A stretch of DNA of 64,000 nucleotides from Clostridiaceae bacterium (GTDB taxonomy: Bacteria; Bacillota; Clostridia; Saccharofermentanales; DTU023). The stretch is from the NCBI GenBank assembly GCA_012518795.1, contig JAAYRL010000029.1, positions 20,607 through 84,606 of the forward strand, read 5' to 3'. Both the position numbers and the translations under genes were made by a program. Below the pieces are notes generated by a model. The model did no database searches. It was not told the DNA's origin and saw nothing but the letters and a program-made list of their open reading frames with translations. Numbering within the stretch: position 1 is the first letter of the stretch; each line of letters opens with the position of its first letter. Shown piece after piece: positions 35,615-45,659 of this stretch.

Positions 35615-36948
35615 AAGTTACAAAGTTTGGCGGAACATCGTGTGCTGATGCTTCCCAGTTTAAAAAAGTAAAATCAATTATTACAGCAGACAGTGAAAGA
35701 AAGATTGTGATTGTATCTGCACCCGGTAAACGCTTTGCTGATGATCATAAAATTACTGATATGCTATATTTATGTCATCAATTGATGGAAATCGGAATTG
35801 GTGGTGAAGAAGTTTTTACTTCAATTAAAAAACGCTTTTTGGAGATTCAAAACTCTCTGAATTTAGCAATTGATCTTGAACCTGAATTGGATGAAGTTGA
35901 ACAAAAGCTGATTGCGGGAGCATCCAGAGATTACGCCGCCAGCCGTGGTGAATATTTCTCAGCGAAATTGATGGCGGAATATCTCGGTTATCAATTTCTA
36001 GATGCTGCAGATATAATTCGTTTTGATCAAAATGGAAGATATGATGAGAATATTACTCGCATATTAATTAAAGAAAACATTGTGAAAGATGGTTGTTTCG
36101 TAATTCCGGGATTCTACGGTGCTCAAGAGAACGGTTCAATTGTCACTTTTTCCAGAGGCGGTTCGGATATTACCGGCTCGATTGTAGCTTCTGCACTTTC
36201 TGTTGAAAAATATGAAAATTGGACGGATGTTTCAGGTTTTCTGGCAGCTGACCCTAAAATTGTGGATAATCCGATGCCTTTGCATATTGTAACCTATGAT
36301 GAATTGCGTGAATTGAGTTATATGGGTGCTGCAGTTTTGCATCATGAGGCTATATTCCCTGCCAGACAAAGAGGTATTCCGATTCATATCCTAAATACCA
36401 ATGCACCTGATGAGCCCGGGACGCTGATTTTACCGAAAGCAAAAAGAACCAAAGAAGATCCGATTCTGACCGGTGTGGCCGGTGTGAAAGATTTTATGGT
36501 AATAAATGTTGAAAAATATCGGATGACCGAAGATTTAAGTTTCTTTCGTAAATTATGCTCGGTTTTTGAAACTAACGGAATTCAAATCCACCATATGCCA
36601 TCCTCGATAGATACGGTATCGTTAATTGTGCGTGAAGATAGTATGCAAGGCAAAGAAAGAAAGATCTTGGAAGAAATCGACATATATTGTTCACCGGATC
36701 GCATCGATATAACGCCAGGTTTGGCATTGTTAGCAGTTGTGGGTGAGAATATGGCAATGCGTGCCGGTGTTTCAGCGAAAGTATTCGGAGCTTTAGCAAA
36801 AGCAGGAATAAATATTCGTATGATTTCTCAAGGATCAAGTGAATTTAACATTATACTAGGTATTGCGAACAATGATTTTGAAAAAGCAGTATCAACAATT
36901 TATGATGAATTCTTCAAACAACCTCTCGTCAAACCTGCGAGTAGTTAA
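35611..36948 (+). CDS. Aspartate kinase (long, YclM/LysC-like, C-terminal ACT domains)
   Basis: 445 aa. MKVTKFGGTSCA, FSRGGSDITG, and a C-terminal ACT-like region (LAVVGENM...RMISQGSSE). Confidence 0.85.
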   Translation: MKVTKFGGTSCADASQFKKVKSIITADSERKIVIVSAPGKRFADDHKITDMLYLCHQLMEIGIGGEEVFTSIKKRFLEIQNSLNLAIDLEPELDEVEQKLIAGASRDYAASRGEYFSAKLMAEYLGYQFLDAADIIRFDQNGRYDENITRILIKENIVKDGCFVIPGFYGAQENGSIVTFSRGGSDITGSIVASALSVEKYENWTDVSGFLAADPKIVDNPMPLHIVTYDELRELSYMGAAVLHHEAIFPARQRGIPIHILNTNAPDEPGTLILPKAKRTKEDPILTGVAGVKDFMVINVEKYRMTEDLSFFRKLCSVFETNGIQIHHMPSSIDTVSLIVREDSMQGKERKILEEIDIYCSPDRIDITPGLALLAVVGENMAMRAGVSAKVFGALAKAGINIRMISQGSSEFNIILGIANNDFEKAVSTIYDEFFKQPLVKPASS

Positions 36949-36966
36949 CTAATATACGAGGGAAAA

Positions 36967-38418
36967 ATGAAATATCACAGTACCAGAAATAATAATGATT
37001 TATTTTCACCTTCCGAGGCGGTCTTGCAAGGTCTGGCACCGGATGGCGGACTTTTTGTGCCACAAGAATTACCGAAAGTTGATTTTGCTACATGGATCGG
37101 TTTAGATTATCAGACAATTGCCAAAAGAATTTTCAAAATATTTTTTTCGGATTTGTCCGATCAGATTATTGCGGAAATAGTCAGTGCAGCATATGGTGAT
37201 AATTTTGATGATCCTCAAATTGTTCCGGTTCACCTAATTGATGATCAAATCGGTTTTTTAGAATTATGGCATGGACCGACTCTGGCTTTTAAAGATTTGG
37301 CTCTCCAGTTTTTACCGCATTTGATGCAGGCTGCTAAGAAACAGCTCCATTTTGAACAGGATATTTTAATTCTGACAGCAACTTCAGGTGATACGGGCAA
37401 AGCCGCAATGGAGGGTTTTGCCGGTGTAGAGCATTTTAAAGTAATTGTTTTTTATCCGCATAACGGAGTTAGTTCTTTCCAGAAAAGACAGATGTTATGT
37501 CGTGATTATGATAATGTGCGAGCTATTGCTTTGCGAGGGGATTTCGACGATTGCCAACGTGGGGTAAAACAGTTATTTTCCGATCAGGAATTTGCCGGTG
37601 AAGCAGCAACAGCAGGCTATGCCTTATCTTCTGCCAATTCAATCAATATCGGACGTCTGATTCCCCAAATGATTTACTACATCAATAGTTATTTACAGAT
37701 GGTTACAGCCAATTGTTTATCATATGGCGAGCCGATATCAATCGTAGTTCCAACCGGCAATTTCGGCAACATTTTAGCAGCTTGTTATGCCAAAGCAATG
37801 GGATTGCCTTTGGGTAGAATTCATTTAGCAGCTAATCAAAATAATGTTTTGGCTGATTTTTTGCAAACCGGTATTTATGACAGTAATCGCCCTTTAGTCA
37901 AAACTTCATCGCCTTCAATGGATATTCTGGTTGCCAGTAATTTAGAACGATATTTGTATTTAAAAAAACCGGATAGTGAATGGCTGAAGTCTTTAATGCG
38001 TGATTTGAATGTTTCCGGTAAATTTCAAATAGATCCGGAGATATTAGATTTAACGGCTTCTTGGACAGATGAAAATGAAACTTCAATTGCGATTAATCAG
38101 GTTTATCAGTCATATGAATATTTGATTGATCCACATACCGCTGTTGCCTATTCAGCGATAGCTAAAGCAGGTTTAACCGGTTTAACCTTAGTAGCCAGCA
38201 CTGCCAGTCCATATAAGTTTATGGAAAAAATATTATCATCTTTAGACAAAGAAATTCCGCCGGATGATAGGCAATCAATTGAAACTATTGCTGAATTATC
38301 CGGGCAGGGAATTCCTCAAACCGTCAGTAAATTATGGCGATTGCCTCAAGATAAGGAGATAGTAATTTCAGCGGATCAAATGGCAAAAGCAATATTTGAC
38401 AATATTAAAAGGAAATAG
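36967..38418 (+). CDS. thrC: Threonine synthase (long type)
   Basis: 483 aa. HSTRN...GLAPDGGLFVP, PTLAFKD (PLP lysine), SGDTG. Confidence 0.9.
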   Translation: MKYHSTRNNNDLFSPSEAVLQGLAPDGGLFVPQELPKVDFATWIGLDYQTIAKRIFKIFFSDLSDQIIAEIVSAAYGDNFDDPQIVPVHLIDDQIGFLELWHGPTLAFKDLALQFLPHLMQAAKKQLHFEQDILILTATSGDTGKAAMEGFAGVEHFKVIVFYPHNGVSSFQKRQMLCRDYDNVRAIALRGDFDDCQRGVKQLFSDQEFAGEAATAGYALSSANSINIGRLIPQMIYYINSYLQMVTANCLSYGEPISIVVPTGNFGNILAACYAKAMGLPLGRIHLAANQNNVLADFLQTGIYDSNRPLVKTSSPSMDILVASNLERYLYLKKPDSEWLKSLMRDLNVSGKFQIDPEILDLTASWTDENETSIAINQVYQSYEYLIDPHTAVAYSAIAKAGLTGLTLVASTASPYKFMEKILSSLDKEIPPDDRQSIETIAELSGQGIPQTVSKLWRLPQDKEIVISADQMAKAIFDNIKRK

Positions 38419-38419
38419 A

Positions 38420-39409
38420 ATGAAACAGTATACAGTAAGAGTCCCTGCCACCAGTGCGAATATAGGTCCCGGTTTTGATTGTTTAGGTATAGCATTTAAA
38501 TTATATAATTGGTTTACTTTCACTTGGGAAAATCCTGAACATCCGGTAAGTTATGAAGAACAGATCAAATGGCTTGCAACAAGAACCGCGTCTCAAATGC
38601 CGATGCTCGAAGCATATGTACAATATTGCCGTCTCTTCGAGGTGGAATTACCGATTCCAACTAAAGTTGAATGTATCAGGAGTGATGTTCCGGTAGCCAA
38701 AGGTCTGGGTTCTTCTGCAACTTGTTATGTTGCAGGTGCAGGAGCTGCACAATGGATTGCTGAACAACTTTATTCCGCCAATCAAATTAAATCTGATTAT
38801 AATACTTACAATGTGAATCCATTTTCAAAAGATGCGATTTTAGCGATTGCTTCAACAATTGAGCAACATCCGGATAATCTGAGTCCTGCTGTTTTTGGCG
38901 GTTTGCAACTGGCTGCAATTCTGGATTCAGATAATTTGCCGCAAGTAGTTACGCAAGAACTAAATGTGAGTCCGGAAGTTAATTTTATTATCAGCATTCC
39001 TAATTTTAGTTTAAAAACGGCTAAAGCCAGGGGTGTTTTGCCTGCAGAAGTAGCACGTGCCGATGCAATCTTCAATATCAGAGCATTAGGTTATTTACTT
39101 AAAGGTATGTCCGATGCCAACCATGATTTATTGAGTTTAGGTTTGCAAGATAAATTACATCAGCCTTATCGGGCAGGTTTAATTCCTAATTTTTATGAAA
39201 TACTGAATGTTGGAACCAAATCCGGTGCGTGCGGTAGCGTTCTTTCGGGTGCAGGACCGTCAATTTTGACTATAACCAGTAACTCGCAAAATAATGCCTT
39301 GCAAATAAGAAATAGTATTCAAAGCTGCTTAGGCAATACTTGGGAAGTCAAAATTCTTGAACTTGATCATAAAGGTATGGTTGGGTATGAAGGAAAAACA
39401 ACATTTTGA
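38420..39409 (+). CDS. thrB: Homoserine kinase
   Basis: VPATSANIGPGFD and PVAKGLGSSATC (GHMP motif). The ATG at 38420 has an SD-like aaaagga upstream and is preferred over the listed 38396. Confidence 0.85.
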   Translation: MKQYTVRVPATSANIGPGFDCLGIAFKLYNWFTFTWENPEHPVSYEEQIKWLATRTASQMPMLEAYVQYCRLFEVELPIPTKVECIRSDVPVAKGLGSSATCYVAGAGAAQWIAEQLYSANQIKSDYNTYNVNPFSKDAILAIASTIEQHPDNLSPAVFGGLQLAAILDSDNLPQVVTQELNVSPEVNFIISIPNFSLKTAKARGVLPAEVARADAIFNIRALGYLLKGMSDANHDLLSLGLQDKLHQPYRAGLIPNFYEILNVGTKSGACGSVLSGAGPSILTITSNSQNNALQIRNSIQSCLGNTWEVKILELDHKGMVGYEGKTTF

Positions 39410-39422
39410 AAATATTAATAAT

Positions 39423-40019
39423 ATGAAGTCTTTTCAGAAAGATTTCCAAGAGAATACTTTAAAAGCATCCGACCGAGAATTTTATGCATTGTTGAGTCAA
39501 ATGATTATTAATCGTCTGGAAAAAAATCATTTTGCCAATGCATTGGGTGCAAAAATTGAAACGGTTAAGTACCGAAAATCGGTTGTATCACTGCTGGTTT
39601 CTGAACAACATTTGAATCCCAACGGTACGGTACATGGCGGTGTATTGATGACTTTAGCTGATACGGCAGCCGGTACCTGCATGATATATCTTGGCCAACC
39701 TACAGCAACAATTGATCTTAGTTATCGCTTTTTGAAGCCTGTTTTTGCCGGTGATTTGATAGTTGGAAAAGCCAGAGTTATTCAATCCGGTAAAACAGTT
39801 ATCGTAGTTGAAATTAATTTATATGTTGTTAATCAGTCTGAATGTGATAATATTGCTGATCTGATTAATATTTCCATAGAAGATCTTGATCAGAAATTGA
39901 TTGGTACAGCAACAGCTTCATTCTTTCGTCGTGACCGTCATCTCCCGGAATTACCGCCTGAAATCTTGGAGCTTGCTGACCGGTTTATTCAAGATTATAT
40001 TGCAGAAAAATCAAAATAA
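39423..40019 (+). CDS. PaaI/hotdog-fold thioesterase
   Basis: NPNGTVHGGVLMTLADTAAG is the PaaI-type core. The start is uncertain: in-frame ATGs also occur at 39387 and 39357, inside thrB. Confidence 0.65.
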   Translation: MKSFQKDFQENTLKASDREFYALLSQMIINRLEKNHFANALGAKIETVKYRKSVVSLLVSEQHLNPNGTVHGGVLMTLADTAAGTCMIYLGQPTATIDLSYRFLKPVFAGDLIVGKARVIQSGKTVIVVEINLYVVNQSECDNIADLINISIEDLDQKLIGTATASFFRRDRHLPELPPEILELADRFIQDYIAEKSK

Positions 40020-40048
40020 TCAGTAATGATAATTTTAAGCAAATTCAG

Positions 40049-40218
40049 AAATATAACGGTAGCATTATGTGTGGCTTATAAAAATTCAAAAAGCTACAGC
40101 TCATCTGTCTAAAATCGCAAACTCGGACTAAAGTCCTCAAACAGTGCGATTTCTGACGACAGATTCGCCAAGTTTTTTAGAATTTTTAACACAAACACAT
40201 ACTCCGACCGTTATATTT
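40049..40218. repeat. ~170-bp imperfect palindrome (about 85-bp arms) between convergent genes
   Basis: AAATATAACGGT (40049-60) pairs with ACCGTTATATTT (40207-18). Inner matching blocks are TATGTGT, AAAAATTC.AAAAA, ATCTGTC and AAATCGCA/TGCGATTT. The tip is GGAC-TAAA-GTCC at 40125-36. Confidence 0.8.
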
Positions 40219-40267
40219 TGAAATTACAAAATAATGTATTCGTTACCGGTTATTTTTTATTTATGCT

Positions 40268-40993
40268 TTAAAGGATTTTAGATAAGAATTGTTGGGTGCG
40301 TTCTTCTTGCGGATTATCAAAAAAGTCGTTCGGATCATAACTTTCTTCTACAATCATGCCTTCATCAATAAACAAAATGCGATTTGCAACTTGGCGGGCA
40401 AAGCCCATTTCATGTGTAACGACAGCCATAGTCATGCCTGCTTGGGCTAATTCAGTCATCAATTCCAATACTTCACCAACCATTTCAGGATCGAGAGCGG
40501 AAGTCGGTTCATCGAATAATAATAAGTCGGGATCCATCATTAAAGCGCGAGCAATGGCAATTCTTTGTTGTTGACCGCCGGATAATTGATTGGGATAATT
40601 TTTTACTTTTTCCGGCAAACCGATGCGTTTTAATAATTCCATTGCTTTAGTTTCAGCCTCATCTTTGTTCAAACGGTGACGCATGACCGGAGCGAGAGTT
40701 AAATTTTCCAACACATTGAGATTAGAAAAAAGATTGAATTGTTGGAATACCATGCCCATATTTTCTCTGACTTTGTTAATGTCGACATGGCTATCGTTTA
40801 TTACCTGATCTTTAAAAATTATTTCGCCGGAAGTAGGTTTTTCCAAAAGGTTCATACAGCGTAACATGGTTGATTTGCCGGAACCTGATGGCCCGATAAT
40901 AACCACTTTCTCACTGGGCTTAATTTCTAAATTTACACCGCGTAACACTTCAAGTTTATCAAAATTTTTATACAAATTACGTATTTTAATCAT
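40268..40993 (-). CDS. Polar amino-acid ABC transporter ATP-binding protein (GlnQ-like)
   Basis: 241 aa. [36 protein letters not shown]. Confidence 0.9.
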   Translation of the reverse strand: MIKIRNLYKNFDKLEVLRGVNLEIKPSEKVVIIGPSGSGKSTMLRCMNLLEKPTSGEIIFKDQVINDSHVDINKVRENMGMVFQQFNLFSNLNVLENLTLAPVMRHRLNKDEAETKAMELLKRIGLPEKVKNYPNQLSGGQQQRIAIARALMMDPDLLLFDEPTSALDPEMVGEVLELMTELAQAGMTMAVVTHEMGFARQVANRILFIDEGMIVEESYDPNDFFDNPQEERTQQFLSKIL

Positions 40994-41705
40994 GGGTAAT
41001 TCTTCTTTCTAAAGCATGGAAAATCTGTTCAAGAATTAACACTACAATCAAATATATCAATGCTGAAGCAAAGTAGGGTGGTGCAGCCCGAAAGGTTTTA
41101 CTGATTAATATTCCTGCTCCGCGCGTTAAGTCAACTAAGCCGATGAAACCGCTGATTGAAGTTTCCTTAAACAAGGTGATAACTTCATTGCCGAAAGCAG
41201 GCAAACAATTGCGAAAAGCTTGCGGCATTACAATTTTAGACATAGTTTGCATATAACTTAAACCAAGTGATCTTGCAGCTTCTATTTCACCTGCACTGAC
41301 AGCTTGGATACCGCTGCGGAATATTTCAGCCATATAAGCTGCCGAATTTAAACCAAAAGTTAAAATAGCAACAATTTTCAGATTATGCAGATTAATCAGA
41401 ATTACATTGAACATGATTAGAAGTTGAACGGTAGTAGGTGTTCCGCGAATAATCGTTATGTAGATGTTAGATATTTTGCTTAAAAGATTGATTAAAAATC
41501 CGGAAGGAGTTTTCCAGCTCGGGCTTAAGTCTTTACAAGCAACTCTGATGATTGCTAAGAAAATGCCTAAAGCAAAACCTATCAAAAATGCAAAAAATGT
41601 GACTTGCAAGGTGATGGAAAAACCGTTAGTCAGATATTTCCAATAATCATCTTTGATAAAGTTATTTTGAATAAAATCTACTATTGCTTGGAGGGATACA
41701 GTCAT
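40986..41705 (-). CDS. Polar amino-acid ABC transporter permease (His/Glu/Gln/Arg/opine family)
   Basis: 239 aa. About 5 TM helices and an EAA-type loop ([22 protein letters not shown]). Confidence 0.85.
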   Translation of the reverse strand: MTVSLQAIVDFIQNNFIKDDYWKYLTNGFSITLQVTFFAFLIGFALGIFLAIIRVACKDLSPSWKTPSGFLINLLSKISNIYITIIRGTPTTVQLLIMFNVILINLHNLKIVAILTFGLNSAAYMAEIFRSGIQAVSAGEIEAARSLGLSYMQTMSKIVMPQAFRNCLPAFGNEVITLFKETSISGFIGLVDLTRGAGILISKTFRAAPPYFASALIYLIVVLILEQIFHALERRITHD

Positions 41706-41804
41706 GAACGTCTCCTCATGTCATTTGAATGCTAACTACCGATTGAGCCGATGGTTTTTTATTCGGTTACATTGTTCATTAATTTCTGAAAACGATAATA
41801 ATAA

Positions 41805-41840
41805 ATTTGCCGATTTTTCTATAATAAAAAATCGGCAAAT
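41805..41840 (-). terminator. Perfect 14-bp-stem hairpin between the binding-protein and permease genes (attenuating terminator candidate)
   Basis: ATTTGCCGATTTTT-8 nt-AAAAATCGGCAAAT. On the minus strand it is followed by UUAUUAUUAU. Confidence 0.5.
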
Positions 41841-41860
41841 AGCTAAAATTACAATTTATC

Positions 41861-42781
41861 TTATTCAGCTTTGATATACTTATCAATGATTTCTTGCAGT
41901 TTACCACTTTCTTCAAGAGCTGCCAAAGCTTCGTTCACTTCTTCCAGAAGAGCATCATTGGTTTTGGTTAAAGCGATTGCATAATCTTCAACTGCATAGT
42001 CAGTTTCGAGGACTTTCAAATTATCATTTGCTGCAGCAAAACTTTTTGCCGGTTCATTATCAATGATAACTGCATCAACTTTGCCTGCGTTGAGTGCAAC
42101 AACAGCATCAGCACCTTTATCAAAAGATTGAACATTCTCTTCACCAAAATCATCCTGAGCATAAAAGTCACCGGTTGTACCGAATTGAGTTCCTATTTTT
42201 TTGTCTGTGAGATCATCCGGACCTTCAATGTCGGAATCCAGAGTTACAATAATTGATTGAATACCGGTAGCATATGAATCTGAAAAATTTACACTTTCTA
42301 AACGCTCTTCTGTTACTGTCATGCCGGCAATTCCACCGTCAACTTTTCCGCTTTCGATTGAGGCGATGATATTAGCAAATTCCATGTCGTGGATTTTCAG
42401 TTCATAGCCTAAATAATCGGCAACTGCTTGAGCGATTTCAGGGTCAATACCGACAATTTCTTCACCTTCATAAAATTCATATGGCGGGAATGCAGCATTG
42501 GTACCCAGATCAAGTACCCCGTCTTCCAATGCTTTGCCGGTTGAGGCATCAGCGGGTTCTTCGTCTGCTTCTGTTTCTTCTTTAGCTTCTGTTGTTTCTT
42601 CTTTAGCTTCTGTTGTTTCTTCTTTAGCTTCTGTTTTTTCTTCTTTAGCTTCAGTTTCTTCTTCTTTAGCTTCAGTTTCTTTTGCCGTATCTTTCTTGCT
42701 ACCACAGGCAGCAACACTCAGCATTAGCAAAATTGCTAAAAGTACTGATAAAATTGATTTTTTGTTAATTGTTTTTTTCAT
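41861..42781 (-). CDS. Amino-acid ABC transporter substrate-binding lipoprotein with acidic 7-aa repeat linker
   Basis: Lipobox LSVAACGS. It is followed by (T/E)TEAKEE x ~6, encoded by 21-bp tandem repeats at about 42573-42690, and then a family-3 SBP domain. The ATG at 42781 (GGAG 5 nt upstream) is preferred over the listed TTG at 42796. Confidence 0.85.
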   Translation of the reverse strand: MKKTINKKSILSVLLAILLMLSVAACGSKKDTAKETEAKEEETEAKEEKTEAKEETTEAKEETTEAKEETEADEEPADASTGKALEDGVLDLGTNAAFPPYEFYEGEEIVGIDPEIAQAVADYLGYELKIHDMEFANIIASIESGKVDGGIAGMTVTEERLESVNFSDSYATGIQSIIVTLDSDIEGPDDLTDKKIGTQFGTTGDFYAQDDFGEENVQSFDKGADAVVALNAGKVDAVIIDNEPAKSFAAANDNLKVLETDYAVEDYAIALTKTNDALLEEVNEALAALEESGKLQEIIDKYIKAE

Positions 42782-42791
42782 GTTTTTCTCC

Positions 42792-42848
42792 TTCAATGTT
42801 TAATTTCTCTTTCAATGTTTAATTTCTCTTTCAATGTTTAATTTTTAT
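42792..42848 (-). repeat. 19-bp tandem repeat x3 forming the RBS-proximal leader of the binding-protein gene
   Basis: The minus strand reads AAATTAAACATTGAA-AGAG / AAATTAAACATTGAA-AGAG / AAATTAAACATTGAA-GGAG-aaaaacATG. Only the proximal copy has a consensus GGAG. Confidence 0.9.
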
Positions 42849-42907
42849 GACTTATTGTTTTCCCTAAGTCTGTACGATAATCGAAATTTGAAATATTGTA
42901 CAAAAAT

Positions 42908-44290
42908 TTATACTTTATAAGTTTGTAATTTTTGTTTAACCCAAGCGATTTGACGCTCGACTTCTGCCGGAGCAGGTCCTCCGAAAGAATTTTTTGAATT
43001 GACTATACTATTCATATCAATTACCTCGAAAAGATCAGCCTCAAATGCTTGTGATACCTTGCGATAAACTTCCAACGGAAGCTCGGCAAGAGTTTTTCCT
43101 TCCTGATTGGCTATTCCAACCAGCTGAGCAATCATGTGATGGGCATCTCTGAACGGAATATCTTTTTTGACTAAGTAATCGGCTAAATCGGTAGCTGCCA
43201 AGTAACCGAGTTCAGTTGCCTGTAACATCTTATCTTGATTAACTGTTAAGGATAATAGCATATTTGTCATTATTTCCAGACAAATTTTTACAGTATCAAC
43301 TGAATCGAAAATTGATTCCTTATCTTCTTGCATATCTTTGGAATAAGCAAGCGGCAAACCCTTGATCATAGTCAGGCTCTGAATCAGATTACCTAAAACT
43401 CTGCCGGATTTACCACGAATCAGCTCAGCCATATCCGGATTTTTTTTCTGCGGCATAATTGAAGAACCGGTTGAGAATTCATCGGCTATTCTAACGAAGC
43501 TGTAGGGTTGTGAACTCCAAATAATCAGTTCTTCAGCTTGACGCGAAAGGTGGACAGCGATAATTGCTAAAACGCCGTTTAATTCTATAATGAAATCCCT
43601 GTCGCTGACCGCATCCATGCTGTTTTGCATAACTTCTTCAAAATTCAACAAATCAGCAGTTAATTGACGGTCAATCGGATAACTTGTACCGGCTAAAGCA
43701 CACGCACCTAAAGGAGATTGATTAAGTCTTTTTCGGCAATCAGCAAGTCTGTCTAAATCACGCAAAGCCATCATGCAATATGCAGATAAATGATGGGCAA
43801 ATGTGATCGGTTGAGCAGCCTGCAAATGTGTATATCCCGGCATAATAGTTGTCAGATTTTGTTCGGCAATATTACACATGGCCATGATATAGTTTTGCAA
43901 AAGTTCTGAGATTTGAACAATCTCAGAACGCAAATTAAGTCTGATGTCCGTTGCGACCTGATCATTTCTTGAACGGGCAGTATGAAGTTTTTTACCTGCT
44001 TCACCGATACGTTTGGTTAATTCATTCTCAATAAAAGTGTGAACATCTTCAGCCTGCGGATCAAGTTGCAACAAATTATTTTCCAAATCTTTTTTAATCT
44101 CTTGCAGTCCCGTAATAATTTGTTCAACATCATTTTGCGGCAATACACCTGTTTGTCCGAGCATGGTCGCATGAGCAATCGATCCGTCAATATCTTGACA
44201 GATCATTCTTTGATCAATTGCAAAAGAAGCATTAAATTCTTCCGCTTTTTGATTTAGTTCGCCTGAGAGCATACCTTGCCACAATTTCAT
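42908..44290 (-). CDS. argH: Argininosuccinate lyase
   Basis: MKLWQG...GSSIMPQKKNPD signature. The ATG at 44290 (SD agagga) is preferred over the listed 44350. Confidence 0.9.
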   Translation of the reverse strand: MKLWQGMLSGELNQKAEEFNASFAIDQRMICQDIDGSIAHATMLGQTGVLPQNDVEQIITGLQEIKKDLENNLLQLDPQAEDVHTFIENELTKRIGEAGKKLHTARSRNDQVATDIRLNLRSEIVQISELLQNYIMAMCNIAEQNLTTIMPGYTHLQAAQPITFAHHLSAYCMMALRDLDRLADCRKRLNQSPLGACALAGTSYPIDRQLTADLLNFEEVMQNSMDAVSDRDFIIELNGVLAIIAVHLSRQAEELIIWSSQPYSFVRIADEFSTGSSIMPQKKNPDMAELIRGKSGRVLGNLIQSLTMIKGLPLAYSKDMQEDKESIFDSVDTVKICLEIMTNMLLSLTVNQDKMLQATELGYLAATDLADYLVKKDIPFRDAHHMIAQLVGIANQEGKTLAELPLEVYRKVSQAFEADLFEVIDMNSIVNSKNSFGGPAPAEVERQIAWVKQKLQTYKV

Positions 44291-44377
44291 TTTAATCCTC
44301 TTACTATGTTCTTTCTGATTATCATGATTGAATCCGTATCTTTTATGCAAAATTATTATCGTTATCCTGTAGATTAA

Positions 44378-45610
44378 TTACTTTTCAGGGTTTTGCAACA
44401 TTGCCTGAAGTTTATTGGACAAACCGAATAATTTAATAAAGCCGCCGGCATCACCGTGGTCATATACTTCATCATGTTCGAACGTTGCATAACCTTCATC
44501 AAATAATGAGTAGGGAGAAGTCAGACCTGCCGGTTGCATGCTACCTTTATATAATTTTACCTTTACGGTCCCGGTCACGAATTTTTGAGTTTCTGCAACG
44601 AAAGCTGCTAAAGCTTTACGTAAAGAGCTTTCCCATTTGCCGTTATAAACCAATTCTGCATATTTATGCGCAATTGACAACTTAAAATGCAAGGTGTTAG
44701 CTTCAACAGTTAATGTCTCCAGTTTGTGATGGGCAAAATAGAGAATTGAACCTGCCGGGTTTTCGTAGACACCGCGACTCTTCATTCCGACCAGACGACT
44801 TTCAACGATATCATCAATACCGATTCCGTGTTTTCCGCCGATTTCATTTAATGCGGTGACTAAATCAACCGAATTCATTCTTTTACCATTGAGACCAACC
44901 GGTTTACCTTGCACAAACTCAATCTCAACAATTTCCGCTTTGTCCGGAGCTTTTTCCGGCGGGGTAACCCAATGCAGAATTTTGTCTAAATTTGCAGCAT
45001 TAGCAGGATTTTCCAAGTCCAAACCTTCATGCGAAAGATGCCAAATATTTTCATCCATTGAATAATCTTCTTCTCTGGAAAATTCTAACTGAATATTATG
45101 AGCTTCAGCATAATCAATTTCTTCGGAGCGACCCTTGATATCCCAGAATCTCCAAGGAGCGACAACTTTCATTTCAGGTGCCAAAGCATTGATCGTTAAT
45201 TCAAATCTTACTTGATCATTGCCTTTACCCGTGCATCCGTGCACGATTACATCAGTTTTTTCTTTTCTGGCTATTTCGACTAATCCTTTAGCAAGAATCG
45301 GTCTGGCAACTGCCGTGCCGAGTAAATAGACATTTTCGTATTTTGCTCCGGCCTGCATGGTGGGAAAGATATAGTCATCCAAAAACTCTTCAGTTAAATC
45401 CAAACAATAGAATTTGTCGGCACCTGTGTTGATAGCTCTGGTTTCCAAAGCTTTTGGATCGGATATTTGACCGACATTACCGGCGACACAAATAACTTCA
45501 GCAACACCTTGCTCTTTTAACCAGGCAACCAAGACAGAAGTATCCAGACCGCCGGAATATGCAAGAACAACTTTTTGTGTTTGTTTTAATAATTCGTATG
45601 GATTTTGCAT
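44378..45610 (-). CDS. argG: Argininosuccinate synthase
   Basis: 410 aa. AYSGGLDTS, GCTGKGNDQVRFE. Confidence 0.95.
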   Translation of the reverse strand: MQNPYELLKQTQKVVLAYSGGLDTSVLVAWLKEQGVAEVICVAGNVGQISDPKALETRAINTGADKFYCLDLTEEFLDDYIFPTMQAGAKYENVYLLGTAVARPILAKGLVEIARKEKTDVIVHGCTGKGNDQVRFELTINALAPEMKVVAPWRFWDIKGRSEEIDYAEAHNIQLEFSREEDYSMDENIWHLSHEGLDLENPANAANLDKILHWVTPPEKAPDKAEIVEIEFVQGKPVGLNGKRMNSVDLVTALNEIGGKHGIGIDDIVESRLVGMKSRGVYENPAGSILYFAHHKLETLTVEANTLHFKLSIAHKYAELVYNGKWESSLRKALAAFVAETQKFVTGTVKVKLYKGSMQPAGLTSPYSLFDEGYATFEHDEVYDHGDAGGFIKLFGLSNKLQAMLQNPEK

Positions 45611-45659
45611 AAAACCTCCAAAAATGTTAATAAATATGTAGCACCTAAGAATAAAAAAT

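Noticed and set aside
42409-42803. Two ~100-aa ORFs (KKKQKLKKK... and SSLASV... repeats)
   Set aside because: They are alternate-frame and antisense readings of the 21-bp tandem repeat that encodes the TEAKEE linker of the binding protein.
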